A stretch of 64,000 bases of DNA from an uncultured Eubacteriales bacterium (GTDB lineage: Bacteria > Bacillota > Clostridia > Oscillospirales > UBA644), in contig CAKSBH010000002.1 of NCBI GenBank assembly GCA_934438175.1, forward strand, positions 47,406-111,405, read 5' to 3'. The notes beneath the pieces are model-generated. The model did not search any database and was not told where the DNA came from. It was given only the letters and a program-made list of their open reading frames with translations. This document shows, one piece after another, positions 52,199-62,373 of this stretch (positions within the stretch are counted from its first letter, which is position 1; the number at the start of each line of letters is the position of its first letter). The translations under genes and the position numbers were made by a program.

Positions 52199-55165
52199 GT
52201 GCGAAAGACAAAGGCGTTAGCGGTAGCGCTTGTAGCCATTCTTCTGGTGCAAGTGTTTGCTGTGCTGATCTGTGCCGCATCCTACGACGACGAGTTTCTT
52301 TCCGAATCCCCGTTCGTTCCGACGTATATTGCGGGCTCCTACGGTGAGTTTCTTCAGAATCATGCACGGACGCTCGACGACATTGCCGGCAAGATCGTTC
52401 TTGACGTTTCTTCTCCGACTTCCCGTTCGGACAACGTGAAGGTTGAAACCGTCAGTGGAAGAGAAAACGTCGTTGTGACGTATGAAACGGGTTTTGTGGA
52501 ATTCAAGTTCAACGTGGAAACCGCAGGACTTTATGTTCTCGGCATTGACTACTATACGTCTGTGGGAAAAGGCGGTTCCATCGAACGGAAGATCCGCATC
52601 AACGGTGAGGTTCCGTATACCGAGGCGGGAAATGCGTCTTTGGACCGCATCTACCGGGACGATGTGGATTATTCCTCGGCTCAGAAAGACGAAAACGGAA
52701 TTTATTCCGGCCTTTTTGAGGCGGACAAACAGGGCAACGAAACACGTCCCCGTCAGGAAGAAGTTCACACCTGGGTGGACAATGCATATTTCAAGGACTC
52801 GTCCGGTTCGTATTTCGGTGCGTTGAAGTTTTATCTTCATAAGGGAGAAAATACGCTTCGTCTGGAATCCGTGCGTGAGAATGTTGCCATTTCTTCTCTG
52901 TATTTCTATACCATCAGCTCCAACCGCTCCTACAGCGAGTGGCTGCTGGAGAAACAGAGCGACGGGCTTTCCTCTGCGGGTGACCGTCTGATCTCCAAGG
53001 TTCAGGCAGAATATCCGACCCGTAAGAGCAGCACGCAGCTGTTTGCCGGAACCGACCGCTCTTCCGCGGCAACGGAACCGTCGAGCGCAAACCTCAAGAA
53101 GCTGAATACCATCGGCGGTGAAACATGGGCAACCATCGGAGATTGGATTGAATACGACGTGGATGTTGCCGAAGAGGGCTTGTACAAGCTGGTAATCCGG
53201 TATCGCCAAAACGTCAACTCCGGGCTGTTTTCCTCCCGCGCCATTACGGTTAACGGAGAATATCCTTTTGAAGAAAATTCGGGTGTGAAATTTGTTTATG
53301 ATTCCGCCTGGCAGACGCTGACTCCGAGCGACGAGTACGGTGAGCCGCTGCTGTTCCATTTCCGCAAGGGTAAGAATACCGTCCGTTTCGAGGCGGTTCC
53401 CGGAGATATGGAAGAGATCATCAACGCGGTGGACAGCATCGTCCGTCAGCTGCAAAGCGACTACCGCAAGATTCTTGTTGTGACCGGTTCTTCTCCGGAC
53501 GTCAACCAGGATTACGAACTGGATTCCGTTCTTCCCGAAGTGGTTTCCGATTTCAAAGCCCAGGGCGATCTTCTTTACACAATCAGCAATAAACTTCTTA
53601 AAATCCTCGGCAAAGAGGGCTCGCAGACCGCGCAGCTCAATTCCGTTATCAGCGATCTGTATTCCTGGAATGCGGACCCCGATAAGATTCCCCGGTCGGT
53701 GGACCAGATCAACAGCGACGTTTCCACCTTGGGCGACTTTGTTTCCACCTGCCGTTCTCAGGCGTTGGAACTGGATTACTTCCTCATCGCCCAGGCCGAT
53801 TTTGAGGCGCCTGCTGCCGAGACGGGATTCTTCCCCTCACTGTGGCATCAGATTCAGTTGTTCCTGTCTTCCTTCTCTTCGGATCTGAACTCCATTTCCG
53901 GAGACCGTCATACGGAATATTCCGACTATGCCCGTGTCTGGACGGTGACCAACCGTGACTATGCCATCCTGCTGCGCCAGGTGATTGACCGCAACTTTAT
54001 CAACCAGTACGGTGTTGACCTGGAACTGCAGCTGTATCCGGGTGTTCTGACCAACTCGGTTCTTGCCGGAGACATCTGTGATGTGTATCTGAATATGCCG
54101 GTGGCGAACGTGCAGGACTATGGTGCCCGCAACATTCTTCAGCCGCTGAACTTCTATCAGAAATATTCGTACGATGTTACGAAAAAAGACGGAACCGTGA
54201 CCGGAACCGCGACGGTGGACGGCTTCAAGGAGATGAAGTCCCGGTTCCCGGACGCCGTGTGGCCCGGAGTTTCGCTGGAACGTGAAAAGGATCTGTATTA
54301 CACCTACGGTCTGCCGGAAACGATTGATTTCCCGGTTTTGTTCTACCGTACGGATATCATCGAGGAGTATAACATCCCCATTCCGGAAACGTGGGACGAC
54401 TATTACGACCTGATTCCTCTTTTGCAGAAATACAGCATGGAAATTGCCGCTCCGACGCTGGACGTTCTGATCTATCAGTACGACAGCACCAAATATCTGG
54501 ACGGCGGCCGCAGGGTCAACATCGGGTCGGATACGTATCTGGATCTGTTTACCAAAATCAACGAGTTCTATACCTTATATAATTGCCCCATTGAATTCAA
54601 TGCGCAGAACCGTTTCAAGAGCGGCGAGATGCCGTTCCTGTACGGCACGATGGCGATGTGGACGACGCTGACGGTTTACTGCCCGGAAATCAGCGGTCTG
54701 TGGAGCATGGCTTCTCATCCCGGTGTCCGTCAGGCTGACGGCTCGATCAACAACGTGTTGGTTCCCACGGTTACTTACTGCGTGATGATGGCGGATGCCG
54801 CCAATAAGGAAAGCGGCTGGAAGTTTATGCAGTGGTGGACGGATGACGTCGCCCAGGAAGAGTATGGCCGTGAGTATGAAAGCATTACCGGTCAGACCGC
54901 CCGTTACACTTCCGCGAATACGCAGGCGTTCCTGTCGGCTCCCTGGTCCGCTGCGGAAATGAGCATCCTGAGCGAGCAGCTCAATGCCCTGCGCGGTGCC
55001 GAGGTTGCTATCGGCGACTATCTGTCGGCCCGTTACCTCGAATTTGCCCGCAACGAAGTCATCGTTGACGGTACGGGTGACGGCATTGATACCATTCTGG
55101 AGCATATCAACGAAATCAACCGGTGCATTGCCAACAAGCGCCTGGAACTTGAATTGCCCGAATAA
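52199..55165 (+). CDS. 988-aa secreted protein: tandem CBM-like beta-sandwich repeats fused to a family-1 extracellular solute-binding (LplA/LipO-like) domain
   Basis: GTG start with AAGGAAGG RBS; signal peptide MRKTKALAVALVAILLVQVFAVLICAAS; internal repeat (GFVEFKFNVETAGLYVLGIDYY...RINGEVPY vs DWIEYDVDVAEEGLYKLVIRYR...TVNGEYPF); C-terminal ~450 aa with SBP_bac_1-like motifs (TWDDYYDLIPLL, EMPFLYGTMAMWT); directly upstream of two permeases. Confidence 0.65.
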   Translation: MRKTKALAVALVAILLVQVFAVLICAASYDDEFLSESPFVPTYIAGSYGEFLQNHARTLDDIAGKIVLDVSSPTSRSDNVKVETVSGRENVVVTYETGFVEFKFNVETAGLYVLGIDYYTSVGKGGSIERKIRINGEVPYTEAGNASLDRIYRDDVDYSSAQKDENGIYSGLFEADKQGNETRPRQEEVHTWVDNAYFKDSSGSYFGALKFYLHKGENTLRLESVRENVAISSLYFYTISSNRSYSEWLLEKQSDGLSSAGDRLISKVQAEYPTRKSSTQLFAGTDRSSAATEPSSANLKKLNTIGGETWATIGDWIEYDVDVAEEGLYKLVIRYRQNVNSGLFSSRAITVNGEYPFEENSGVKFVYDSAWQTLTPSDEYGEPLLFHFRKGKNTVRFEAVPGDMEEIINAVDSIVRQLQSDYRKILVVTGSSPDVNQDYELDSVLPEVVSDFKAQGDLLYTISNKLLKILGKEGSQTAQLNSVISDLYSWNADPDKIPRSVDQINSDVSTLGDFVSTCRSQALELDYFLIAQADFEAPAAETGFFPSLWHQIQLFLSSFSSDLNSISGDRHTEYSDYARVWTVTNRDYAILLRQVIDRNFINQYGVDLELQLYPGVLTNSVLAGDICDVYLNMPVANVQDYGARNILQPLNFYQKYSYDVTKKDGTVTGTATVDGFKEMKSRFPDAVWPGVSLEREKDLYYTYGLPETIDFPVLFYRTDIIEEYNIPIPETWDDYYDLIPLLQKYSMEIAAPTLDVLIYQYDSTKYLDGGRRVNIGSDTYLDLFTKINEFYTLYNCPIEFNAQNRFKSGEMPFLYGTMAMWTTLTVYCPEISGLWSMASHPGVRQADGSINNVLVPTVTYCVMMADAANKESGWKFMQWWTDDVAQEEYGREYESITGQTARYTSANTQAFLSAPWSAAEMSILSEQLNALRGAEVAIGDYLSARYLEFARNEVIVDGTGDGIDTILEHINEINRCIANKRLELELPE

Positions 55166-55185
55166 CGGAAAGGAGGAAAAGATTT

Positions 55186-56079
55186 ATGGTTCAGTTAAGC
55201 CCGAAGATGAAGAAGAAACTGCAGAATCTGGATCTGCTGATCTATCTCGGTCCGTATCTGGTAGTATTCTTCATTTTCACCATTCTTCCTGTTATCGTTT
55301 CCTACTTCATCGCATTCTGTCAGTTCAATACGATGGAATTCCCGGAATGGGTCGGTCTGGAGAACTTCCGCCGCCTGTTCCTGGAAGAGGAATATTTCGG
55401 GCTGGCGTTGTCCAACTCGTTTGTGTTGGCGGCAATCTCCGGTCCGGTCAACTATCTGGTTGCGTTTGCGTTCTCCTGGGCGCTGAATGAAATTCCGTCC
55501 AAGCCGAGAACCCTTCTCACCATGTTTTTCTATCTGCCTGCGCTGTCCGGCGGTTTTACCTTCATCATTGACCTTTTGTTCAGCGGCGACCGTTACGGAT
55601 TCCTGAACGCGTGGCTGTTGCAGCTCAACCTCATTGATGAGCCGGTCATCTGGGCAAAAGATGAGAACTATATGTTGCCGGTTGCCATTATCATCATGCT
55701 GTGGAGCGCATTGGGTACGCAGTTCCTGATCTTCCTGTCGTCTCTGCAGAGTGTTGACAAATCGCTGTATGAAGCCGCTGCGGTGGACGGTATCAGCAAC
55801 CGGTGGCAGGAGCTTTATTACATCACGCTTCCTTCCATCAAGGGGCAGCTGATGCTCAACGCCATCCTGTCCATCACTTCGGCCGTCAACATCTCCGCTC
55901 CGGCGCTGTTCGGCTTCCCGACAAACAACTACAAACTGTATACGGTTACGATGCTGGCGACCGACTATTCCACCCGTTTGGAAATGGGTTATGTTACCGC
56001 CATCTCGTCCCTGCTTCTTCTGATCTCGGTTCTGTTGAATAAAATGATTCAGTTCCTGATTTCGAAGATCGGTACTTGA
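55186..56079 (+). CDS. carbohydrate ABC transporter permease (LplB/MalF-like)
   Basis: 6 TM, EAA loop YEAAAVDGISNRWQELYYITLP. Confidence 0.88.
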   Translation: MVQLSPKMKKKLQNLDLLIYLGPYLVVFFIFTILPVIVSYFIAFCQFNTMEFPEWVGLENFRRLFLEEEYFGLALSNSFVLAAISGPVNYLVAFAFSWALNEIPSKPRTLLTMFFYLPALSGGFTFIIDLLFSGDRYGFLNAWLLQLNLIDEPVIWAKDENYMLPVAIIIMLWSALGTQFLIFLSSLQSVDKSLYEAAAVDGISNRWQELYYITLPSIKGQLMLNAILSITSAVNISAPALFGFPTNNYKLYTVTMLATDYSTRLEMGYVTAISSLLLLISVLLNKMIQFLISKIGT

Positions 56080-56097
56080 CGGAAGGAGGAAAGAACA

Positions 56098-57063
56098 ATG
56101 ACAGACGATAAAAAACAAACTCCTCCCGCTCCGCAGAAGAAGGGATTGTTCCGCCGCAAGCCCAAGGTGGATGCTGACGGAAACCCGATCTACGTCAAAA
56201 AGAAAAAGATGTTTGAAACCTATCGGGTAAACCGTACGTTTGCCGGAGACCTGGTTCTGACGCTTTTCCTGCTGATCGGCGGTCTGTTTATGACCTTCCC
56301 TCTGGTGTACATGGTTTCCAACTCGCTCAAACCGTTGTACGAGCTGTTTCTGTTCCCGCCGACACTGATTGTGCAGAATCCCACGTTCTCCAACTATGAG
56401 ATGCTGTTCAACTATGCCGGCAACACCTCCGTGCCGATGATGCGCTACATTGCTAACTCCATTTTCCTTTGCGCGGCGTGTACGCTGGTGACGGTCGTTT
56501 CCTGCTCGGCTGCGGCATATGCGGTTTCCAAACGGGAATTCAAAGCCAAGGGCCCGATTTTTGAGTTGATTCAGATTTCGCTGATGTTTGCCGCTCCGGC
56601 ATCCAGCATTGTCAACTACATCATCGTTGCAAAACTTCCGTGGGCGGTGGACAGCTACTTCCCGTTGATTCTGCAATGCGTGGCAAACGCGTTGTATATG
56701 TACATGATCAAAAACTTCATGGACACATTTCCCAACTCCGTTCTGGAGGCGGCGCGGATTGACGGTGCGCGGGAATGGCGTGTTTTCCTGCAGATTCTGA
56801 TGCCTGCCTGTAAGTCGTCCTGGGTTACCGTGGTTCTGTTCTGCGTACAGGCATACTGGGGCATGGACACCGGCTACTTTGTCTATAAAGAAGAGATGAA
56901 GGGAATCAAGGCGGGCTTCAACGCGATTACCACGGTCAGCCAGCTTCGTTACGGCGTTCAGTCGGCGAGCGGTGTTGTGCTGCTGCTGGTACCGCTGATT
57001 ACCTTTATCATTACGCAAAGCAACGTTATGGACTCGCTTGCGACGTCCGGCATGAAAGATTAA
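56098..57063 (+). CDS. carbohydrate ABC transporter permease (LplC/MalG-like) with Lys-rich N-terminal extension
   Basis: EAA loop LEAARIDGAREWRVFLQILMP; ~45-aa basic cytoplasmic N-terminus. Confidence 0.88.
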   Translation: MTDDKKQTPPAPQKKGLFRRKPKVDADGNPIYVKKKKMFETYRVNRTFAGDLVLTLFLLIGGLFMTFPLVYMVSNSLKPLYELFLFPPTLIVQNPTFSNYEMLFNYAGNTSVPMMRYIANSIFLCAACTLVTVVSCSAAAYAVSKREFKAKGPIFELIQISLMFAAPASSIVNYIIVAKLPWAVDSYFPLILQCVANALYMYMIKNFMDTFPNSVLEAARIDGAREWRVFLQILMPACKSSWVTVVLFCVQAYWGMDTGYFVYKEEMKGIKAGFNAITTVSQLRYGVQSASGVVLLLVPLITFIITQSNVMDSLATSGMKD

Positions 57064-57075
57064 GGAGGCGGGACG

Positions 57076-58671
57076 ATGAAACTTCAAACCAAAATCCTTC
57101 TTTCGCTGACGCTTGCCGTTCTGACCGTGCTGTCGCTTTCTCTGTCTGCTTTCGCGCTTCCCATCAATTCCGGCGTGACGGACGGATATACCTACAGCAA
57201 GTACGGATGGACGATGCCGGCTCCGGTCGCTTACCGGACCGTTGCGGTGAAGGGCGGCGTAGATCTCGGCATCAGCACGGCGTTTGAGCCGATCGATCTT
57301 TGTGTGCGCGGAGACAATCTTTATATTCTGGACCGCAAAGGAAACCGGGTGGTGGTGCTGGACTCTACGTTCCATGCCATTAAGGTTATCTCCAAAATTG
57401 TGGACACCCCGGACTACGAAGTGCCCGCGATTGATTATATCTCTTATAATGAAGACGGAACGACATCGGAAGATGCCAAACTGAAAAAGGCGGATAAATA
57501 CAGCTTCAACCGTCCGCAGGGCATTTATGTGGACGATGTCGGAAAAATCTATGTCGCCGATACCGACAACCGCCGGATCGTTGTTATGGATATGGAAGGC
57601 AACTGCAGCCGCGTTTATCAGTCGGTGCGGGTTTCGGTTCTGGGCAACACCTTTGTATTCAAACCGTTGAAGATCCTGGTGGACAATACCGGTTTTATCA
57701 ACGTGACGGCTTACGGTGTCAACAAGGGTCTGATGCGTCTGAACACAGACGGCTCGTTCGACTCCTTCTTCGCACAGCCCACCGTAAAGGACGGCGGCGT
57801 TGACCTTATTGGCAATTTTGCCTCTGAGATCAGCGGGCTGACTGCCGATGTCAAGCAGGCAGCGTATGAATATTCTTCGCTTGTGCGGGATTCTGCCGGG
57901 TTTATTTATGTGACGGCGTTTGAGGACTCGGATTCTGCCGCCATCGAGCTGCAAAAACTCAACTCGGCGGGAAAAAATGTTTTGACAAAAAGCGAATTTA
58001 TTACGGAAAACGGGTTCGGAGATGTGTATCAGGATTCGGAATCCCGTATGGTTGATGTGGCCTTGAATGAGGACGCCGGAACCTATACGCTTCTGGACGC
58101 CGCATCGGCGCGGTTCTACACCTACAGTGAAAGCGGCATTCTGTTGTTTGTCGGCGGCGGTGAGGGCTCTCAGTACGGGCGTCTGGTTGCACCTGCCAGC
58201 ATTGCTGCGTGGGGGGATTATCTGATCGTGGGTGACACGACCTCCTGCACCATTACGGTGTATGAGCAGACGGATTACGCCAAGAGCATCAACCAGGCAT
58301 TTGCTTCTTATAAGAAAAGAGATTATGAAACCGCAGCCGATTGCTGGAAGACGGTATCGCAGTACAACTCGCTGCTGTATCTTTCGTTCCAGTCTCTCGG
58401 CAACATTGACCTGATTACCGGGCGTGACCTCGCGGACGACGACCCGATGAAGGTTCAGTATTTTACCCGTGCACTCCGGTATTTTACCACGGCGCAGGAT
58501 CCTTCCGGATATTCCGACGCCTACGGAGAACTTCGTGACGCGCAGGTTTCCAAATACTTCAACCTGTTGTTCGGAACCGTGATTGTTGTGGGCGTGGGAC
58601 TGTTTGTTCTGACGCAGGTCCGAAAGGCGCGGCAGAAGAAAGCAGAACGCAAAAGGAGGTTAGGCGTATGA
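57076..58671 (+). CDS. secreted NHL-repeat beta-propeller protein with C-terminal TM anchor and basic tail
   Basis: signal peptide; NHL-type repeats e.g. NRPQGIYVDDVGKIYVADTDNRRIVVMD and DNLYILDRKGNRVVVLD; C-terminus LLFGTVIVVGVGLFVLTQV-RKARQKKAERKRRLGV. Confidence 0.6.
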   Translation: MKLQTKILLSLTLAVLTVLSLSLSAFALPINSGVTDGYTYSKYGWTMPAPVAYRTVAVKGGVDLGISTAFEPIDLCVRGDNLYILDRKGNRVVVLDSTFHAIKVISKIVDTPDYEVPAIDYISYNEDGTTSEDAKLKKADKYSFNRPQGIYVDDVGKIYVADTDNRRIVVMDMEGNCSRVYQSVRVSVLGNTFVFKPLKILVDNTGFINVTAYGVNKGLMRLNTDGSFDSFFAQPTVKDGGVDLIGNFASEISGLTADVKQAAYEYSSLVRDSAGFIYVTAFEDSDSAAIELQKLNSAGKNVLTKSEFITENGFGDVYQDSESRMVDVALNEDAGTYTLLDAASARFYTYSESGILLFVGGGEGSQYGRLVAPASIAAWGDYLIVGDTTSCTITVYEQTDYAKSINQAFASYKKRDYETAADCWKTVSQYNSLLYLSFQSLGNIDLITGRDLADDDPMKVQYFTRALRYFTTAQDPSGYSDAYGELRDAQVSKYFNLLFGTVIVVGVGLFVLTQVRKARQKKAERKRRLGV

Positions 58672-59381
58672 CGGAAACAAAAACAAACGTCTGGGCGAAG
58701 ATCGGTGCCAAATTGCTTGCGTTTGTCAAGGCAATCGGTCATTTCTTCGTGGATGCGTTTCAGCATCTGCCCTATGCGTTCTACGTTCAGATTCACCCCT
58801 TTGACGGGTTCTTCCGTCTGAAAGCGGACCCCCGCCATGTCAGCGTTCCCTGTTCCACGTTGCTCTTTGTTCTTTGCGGTCTTTCTGCGGTGATGCGCAA
58901 CCGGATGCTGAGCTTTATGTTCCAGAACTCCGTGGAGGGATACTGGGATCCGTTTCTGGATTTTCTTGTTACGGTTCTGCCGTATCTTCTGTGGGTCATT
59001 TCCAACTGGTGCTTCACCTCGCTGATGGACGGAGACGGAAGTTTCCGTGACATCTACTGTGCCACCGGTGTCGCTCTGATCCCGCTGACGATCGTCAACT
59101 TCCTGCAGATTCCGCTGAGCTATATGGTAACGCTTTCCGAAAGCACCATTTACGACTTCCTCGGCGCTTTTGCGTTGGTGTATACGTATCTGATGCTGTT
59201 TGCCGGTATGATGACGACGCATCAGTATTCCGTGGGCAAGAGCATCATCACAACCGTGCTGACCATTGTCGGCATGGCGATGATCGTGTTTATCGTGCTG
59301 CTGATGATCTATCTTGTGCAGCAGATGTACGGATTCGGCGATTCGCTTTACAGCGAGATTGCGTTCCGGTTGAATGAGTGA
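58668..59381 (+). CDS. Yip1-domain integral membrane protein
   Basis: 5 predicted TM helices, Yip1-like topology; ATGA translational coupling to NHL gene. Confidence 0.55.
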   Translation: MTETKTNVWAKIGAKLLAFVKAIGHFFVDAFQHLPYAFYVQIHPFDGFFRLKADPRHVSVPCSTLLFVLCGLSAVMRNRMLSFMFQNSVEGYWDPFLDFLVTVLPYLLWVISNWCFTSLMDGDGSFRDIYCATGVALIPLTIVNFLQIPLSYMVTLSESTIYDFLGAFALVYTYLMLFAGMMTTHQYSVGKSIITTVLTIVGMAMIVFIVLLMIYLVQQMYGFGDSLYSEIAFRLNE

Positions 59382-59397
59382 GAAAGGAGAAGATATC

Positions 59398-62373
59398 ATG
59401 AAACAGAAAATCACAACGCTTCTCCTGCTTCTCTGCCTTGCCGTTGCTCTGTTTGCCGGATGTTCTGCAAAGAACACGGATCAGGAAATCATCGACGGTG
59501 CCAAACTGTCGGAGGAAGAGCGTGAGGCATACATTCTGGAGAAGATTGTCGGCTCCGGCAGTATTCTTTCCAGCACGGACTATCAGGCGCTTACCAAAGC
59601 CGAAGGCGAAGCCGACCACATTGACGGAAAATGTCTGGTGTATGAAGACAACAATTTCGCTTTGTATTACAGCTTCAAGGACACCTCCATCTCCGTCAAG
59701 GATAAACGCGGCGCTACGCCGACGTTCTATCATTCCGGCGTCAGCGGTTTTACGACAAACCGTGCGACGGGCGTGGACGACTATTTCTCCAACATCGTGG
59801 TTGAGGCATACGACGCTTCCAACAAGAAGTATGAGTTTGCGTCTCTTGCCAACTGTGTGGACGGCGACGAAGAGGGCCGTTATCGCAAGTTTGTAAAGAT
59901 GGGGGACGGCTGGTTCCGCATTGTTTACACCATCGGCAACGATGCCGATAAGCAGCTGGCTCCGCCTGCGTTGCGCAAAGAAACGTTTGACGGCTTTGTT
60001 ACCAAGCTGTATTCGCTGATGGCGCAGGCCACGGCGGAAGGCGATTCTCAGATGGCTTATAAATACAAGCAGATGATTTCCGACCTTGCCACCAACTATC
60101 AGGGTCTCGGTCCGGAGAAGGAAGAATATCGTCTGGATGCCAGTGAAGAAACGTCCGGCATGAAGTGGACGATTTACGAACTTTCCCGCGATATGTCGGA
60201 ATTGTATGCCCGGACCTATCCGCTGGTTACCGTTCGCCCCATGTATGTTCTGCGTTCCGGAACCACCATGGTTCAGAAGAGCAACATCAAGGCGGCGATG
60301 GAAGCGGTCGGATTTACGGTGGATGACCTGAAGAAGGAGTTGGACGCCGTTGAATACAGCGGACCTGCCCGCGCAGTTCTTTACGTCATTCCCGTGGACA
60401 TCAAAATCAACGAAGACGGCGTTTCGTTTGAAGTGGATTCTTCGCTGATTCTCGGTCCGAAAGAGCAGAAGCTGTACCGCATTTCGCTGTTTCCGTATTT
60501 CGGGGCAGAAAATGCCGATGACAGCAATGAATACGTAATTTTCCCGGACGGCTCCGGTTCGTATATGGCGCAGACCGGTTCTCTTTATCCCGCGACACAG
60601 CGGCAGAGAATTTACGGAACCGACAGCACGTTTTCCGAACGAATCCTTTCCGAGATAACGGCTCCCGCCCTGTCCGGTTATTTCGTATACAACCGCGGAG
60701 AGGACGGCGGCTTCCTTGCCACGCTGGACAACGGTGCCGGACATGCGTTTGTCCGCGCAACGAACGGACAGCTCGGCAAGCTCGAAACCTGTTCGACCGC
60801 ATGTTTTGAGTTGATTTACATTGAGCGGGACTTCCGCACCTACGAAAAGGAAAAAGGTCAGGCGGAGAATCTGGAAGGGGATGTCGATGCCGATTCTTCC
60901 AAAGCCAAATCGGATAAGGTCAAAGCGTCGGGCGTTATCACCTCGAAATACCGTCTGGATACGGTGTTCCGGACCCGCTATGTTTTTGATGTGATCTCGG
61001 AGCAGACCGGCGAGGACTTTGTGCAGAAGACCTATGCCGAATACGCAAAGCAGTACCGGAAGCATCTCCAGAATGCCGGGAAATTCCCCACGGAAAAACT
61101 GCAAAGCGATTCGCTGATGTTTTATCTGGACCTTCTCGGAGCTGTGGATGTGACCGAAAACATCGCCGGCTTCCCGGTCACGCGCAAGAAGGCGCTGACC
61201 TCGTATGAGCAGGCGGGCAAGATCGTGGATGAACTTCTGGCAGAAGGCATGGACGGCAGCTCGATGGTTTTGCGGTATCTGTCCTGGTCAAACGACGGGC
61301 TGTACAATTCCGTTTCCGACAGTGTGCGGTTGATGCGTGAAATGGGTTCACAGGATCAGCTGAAAGCGTTGATTGCCAAACTGGACGCGGAGCAGATCGG
61401 CTTCTTCCCGTCCGCCGATTTTCTGACGGTCGGTGCCGATGCCCTGAACGATGCGTTCAATGCCACCGAGGATGCTGCCCGGCGTTTGGATATGTCCATC
61501 GCCCGCATTGGCTTCCGCGATCCGGCTGACGGCACGTATATGTGGAGTTACCAGAAGCTGCTTTCTCCTGCCGCTTCGCTGCGGTACTCGGAATCTTACC
61601 GCGCCAGCTATGAAAAAACGGTTGGCATCAAAAACATTGCGCTTGCCGGGTTCGGGGAACTGTTGAACTCCGATTACCGGAACACCGACGTGTATACCCG
61701 TGTCCGGGCTCAGGAAGTTCAGGAGCAGATTCTCAAAACGTACTGGGAAAACGGCTACAAGATTATGGCACAGGTCGGCAACGACTATGTCTGGAAATAC
61801 GCTTCCTATATCACGGACGTTCCGGTTGGCGGAAGCGGAAACCTCAGCACGTCGTATCCGGTTCCGTTTATTCAGATGGTTCTGCACGGCTACATTGATT
61901 ATTGCACGGCTCCGCTGAACGAAAGCGCCGATTATACAACGGCGTTGCTGACGCTTCTGGAAACCGGAAGCGGTGTTCACTTCCGATGGGATTATGCCGA
62001 AGACAGCATATATCAGGATACGGATTTCAACGGATTCTACTATTCTCTCAACTACAACAACTCGCTGGAAAATGCGGTGCGGTTGTACAAGGAAGCGGCG
62101 TCCATCCTGAACCGGGTTGCCTCTTCCGAGATCGTGGGTCACGAAAAGCTGAAGGCGAATGTCCGCAGCTCCTACATCGGAGATATTGAGGAATATCCGC
62201 AGTTCTCGCTTGTTGCGACCGACGGGGTCTATCAGACCACTTATGAAAACGGATTGCAGATCATTGTCAACTACAATCCTTACGACATTGAATTGGAAGA
62301 TGAGGCACGCACGACGGTTGCCGCCTATTCTTACATTTACAGAGAGGGGGAGGAAGGCACATGGCAAAAGTAG
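59398..62373 (+). CDS. 991-aa lipoprotein of unknown function preceding a second permease pair
   Basis: lipobox LFAGC after MKQKITTLLLLLCLAVA; AAAGGAGAAG RBS; no domain I can assign; 13-nt overlap with downstream permease. Confidence 0.6.
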   Translation: MKQKITTLLLLLCLAVALFAGCSAKNTDQEIIDGAKLSEEEREAYILEKIVGSGSILSSTDYQALTKAEGEADHIDGKCLVYEDNNFALYYSFKDTSISVKDKRGATPTFYHSGVSGFTTNRATGVDDYFSNIVVEAYDASNKKYEFASLANCVDGDEEGRYRKFVKMGDGWFRIVYTIGNDADKQLAPPALRKETFDGFVTKLYSLMAQATAEGDSQMAYKYKQMISDLATNYQGLGPEKEEYRLDASEETSGMKWTIYELSRDMSELYARTYPLVTVRPMYVLRSGTTMVQKSNIKAAMEAVGFTVDDLKKELDAVEYSGPARAVLYVIPVDIKINEDGVSFEVDSSLILGPKEQKLYRISLFPYFGAENADDSNEYVIFPDGSGSYMAQTGSLYPATQRQRIYGTDSTFSERILSEITAPALSGYFVYNRGEDGGFLATLDNGAGHAFVRATNGQLGKLETCSTACFELIYIERDFRTYEKEKGQAENLEGDVDADSSKAKSDKVKASGVITSKYRLDTVFRTRYVFDVISEQTGEDFVQKTYAEYAKQYRKHLQNAGKFPTEKLQSDSLMFYLDLLGAVDVTENIAGFPVTRKKALTSYEQAGKIVDELLAEGMDGSSMVLRYLSWSNDGLYNSVSDSVRLMREMGSQDQLKALIAKLDAEQIGFFPSADFLTVGADALNDAFNATEDAARRLDMSIARIGFRDPADGTYMWSYQKLLSPAASLRYSESYRASYEKTVGIKNIALAGFGELLNSDYRNTDVYTRVRAQEVQEQILKTYWENGYKIMAQVGNDYVWKYASYITDVPVGGSGNLSTSYPVPFIQMVLHGYIDYCTAPLNESADYTTALLTLLETGSGVHFRWDYAEDSIYQDTDFNGFYYSLNYNNSLENAVRLYKEAASILNRVASSEIVGHEKLKANVRSSYIGDIEEYPQFSLVATDGVYQTTYENGLQIIVNYNPYDIELEDEARTTVAAYSYIYREGEEGTWQK

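Noticed and set aside
57076-58671. NHL protein as a canonical sortase B substrate
   Set aside because: The C-terminal hydrophobic/basic tail is present, but no LPXTG, NPQTN, NPKTG or SPXTG pentapeptide precedes it.
52217-62367. Minus-strand ORFs 52217-53455, 55195-57954, 59290-61104, 61348-62367
   Set aside because: Antisense to the giant-protein/permease genes, which have signal peptides, RBSs and conserved motifs.
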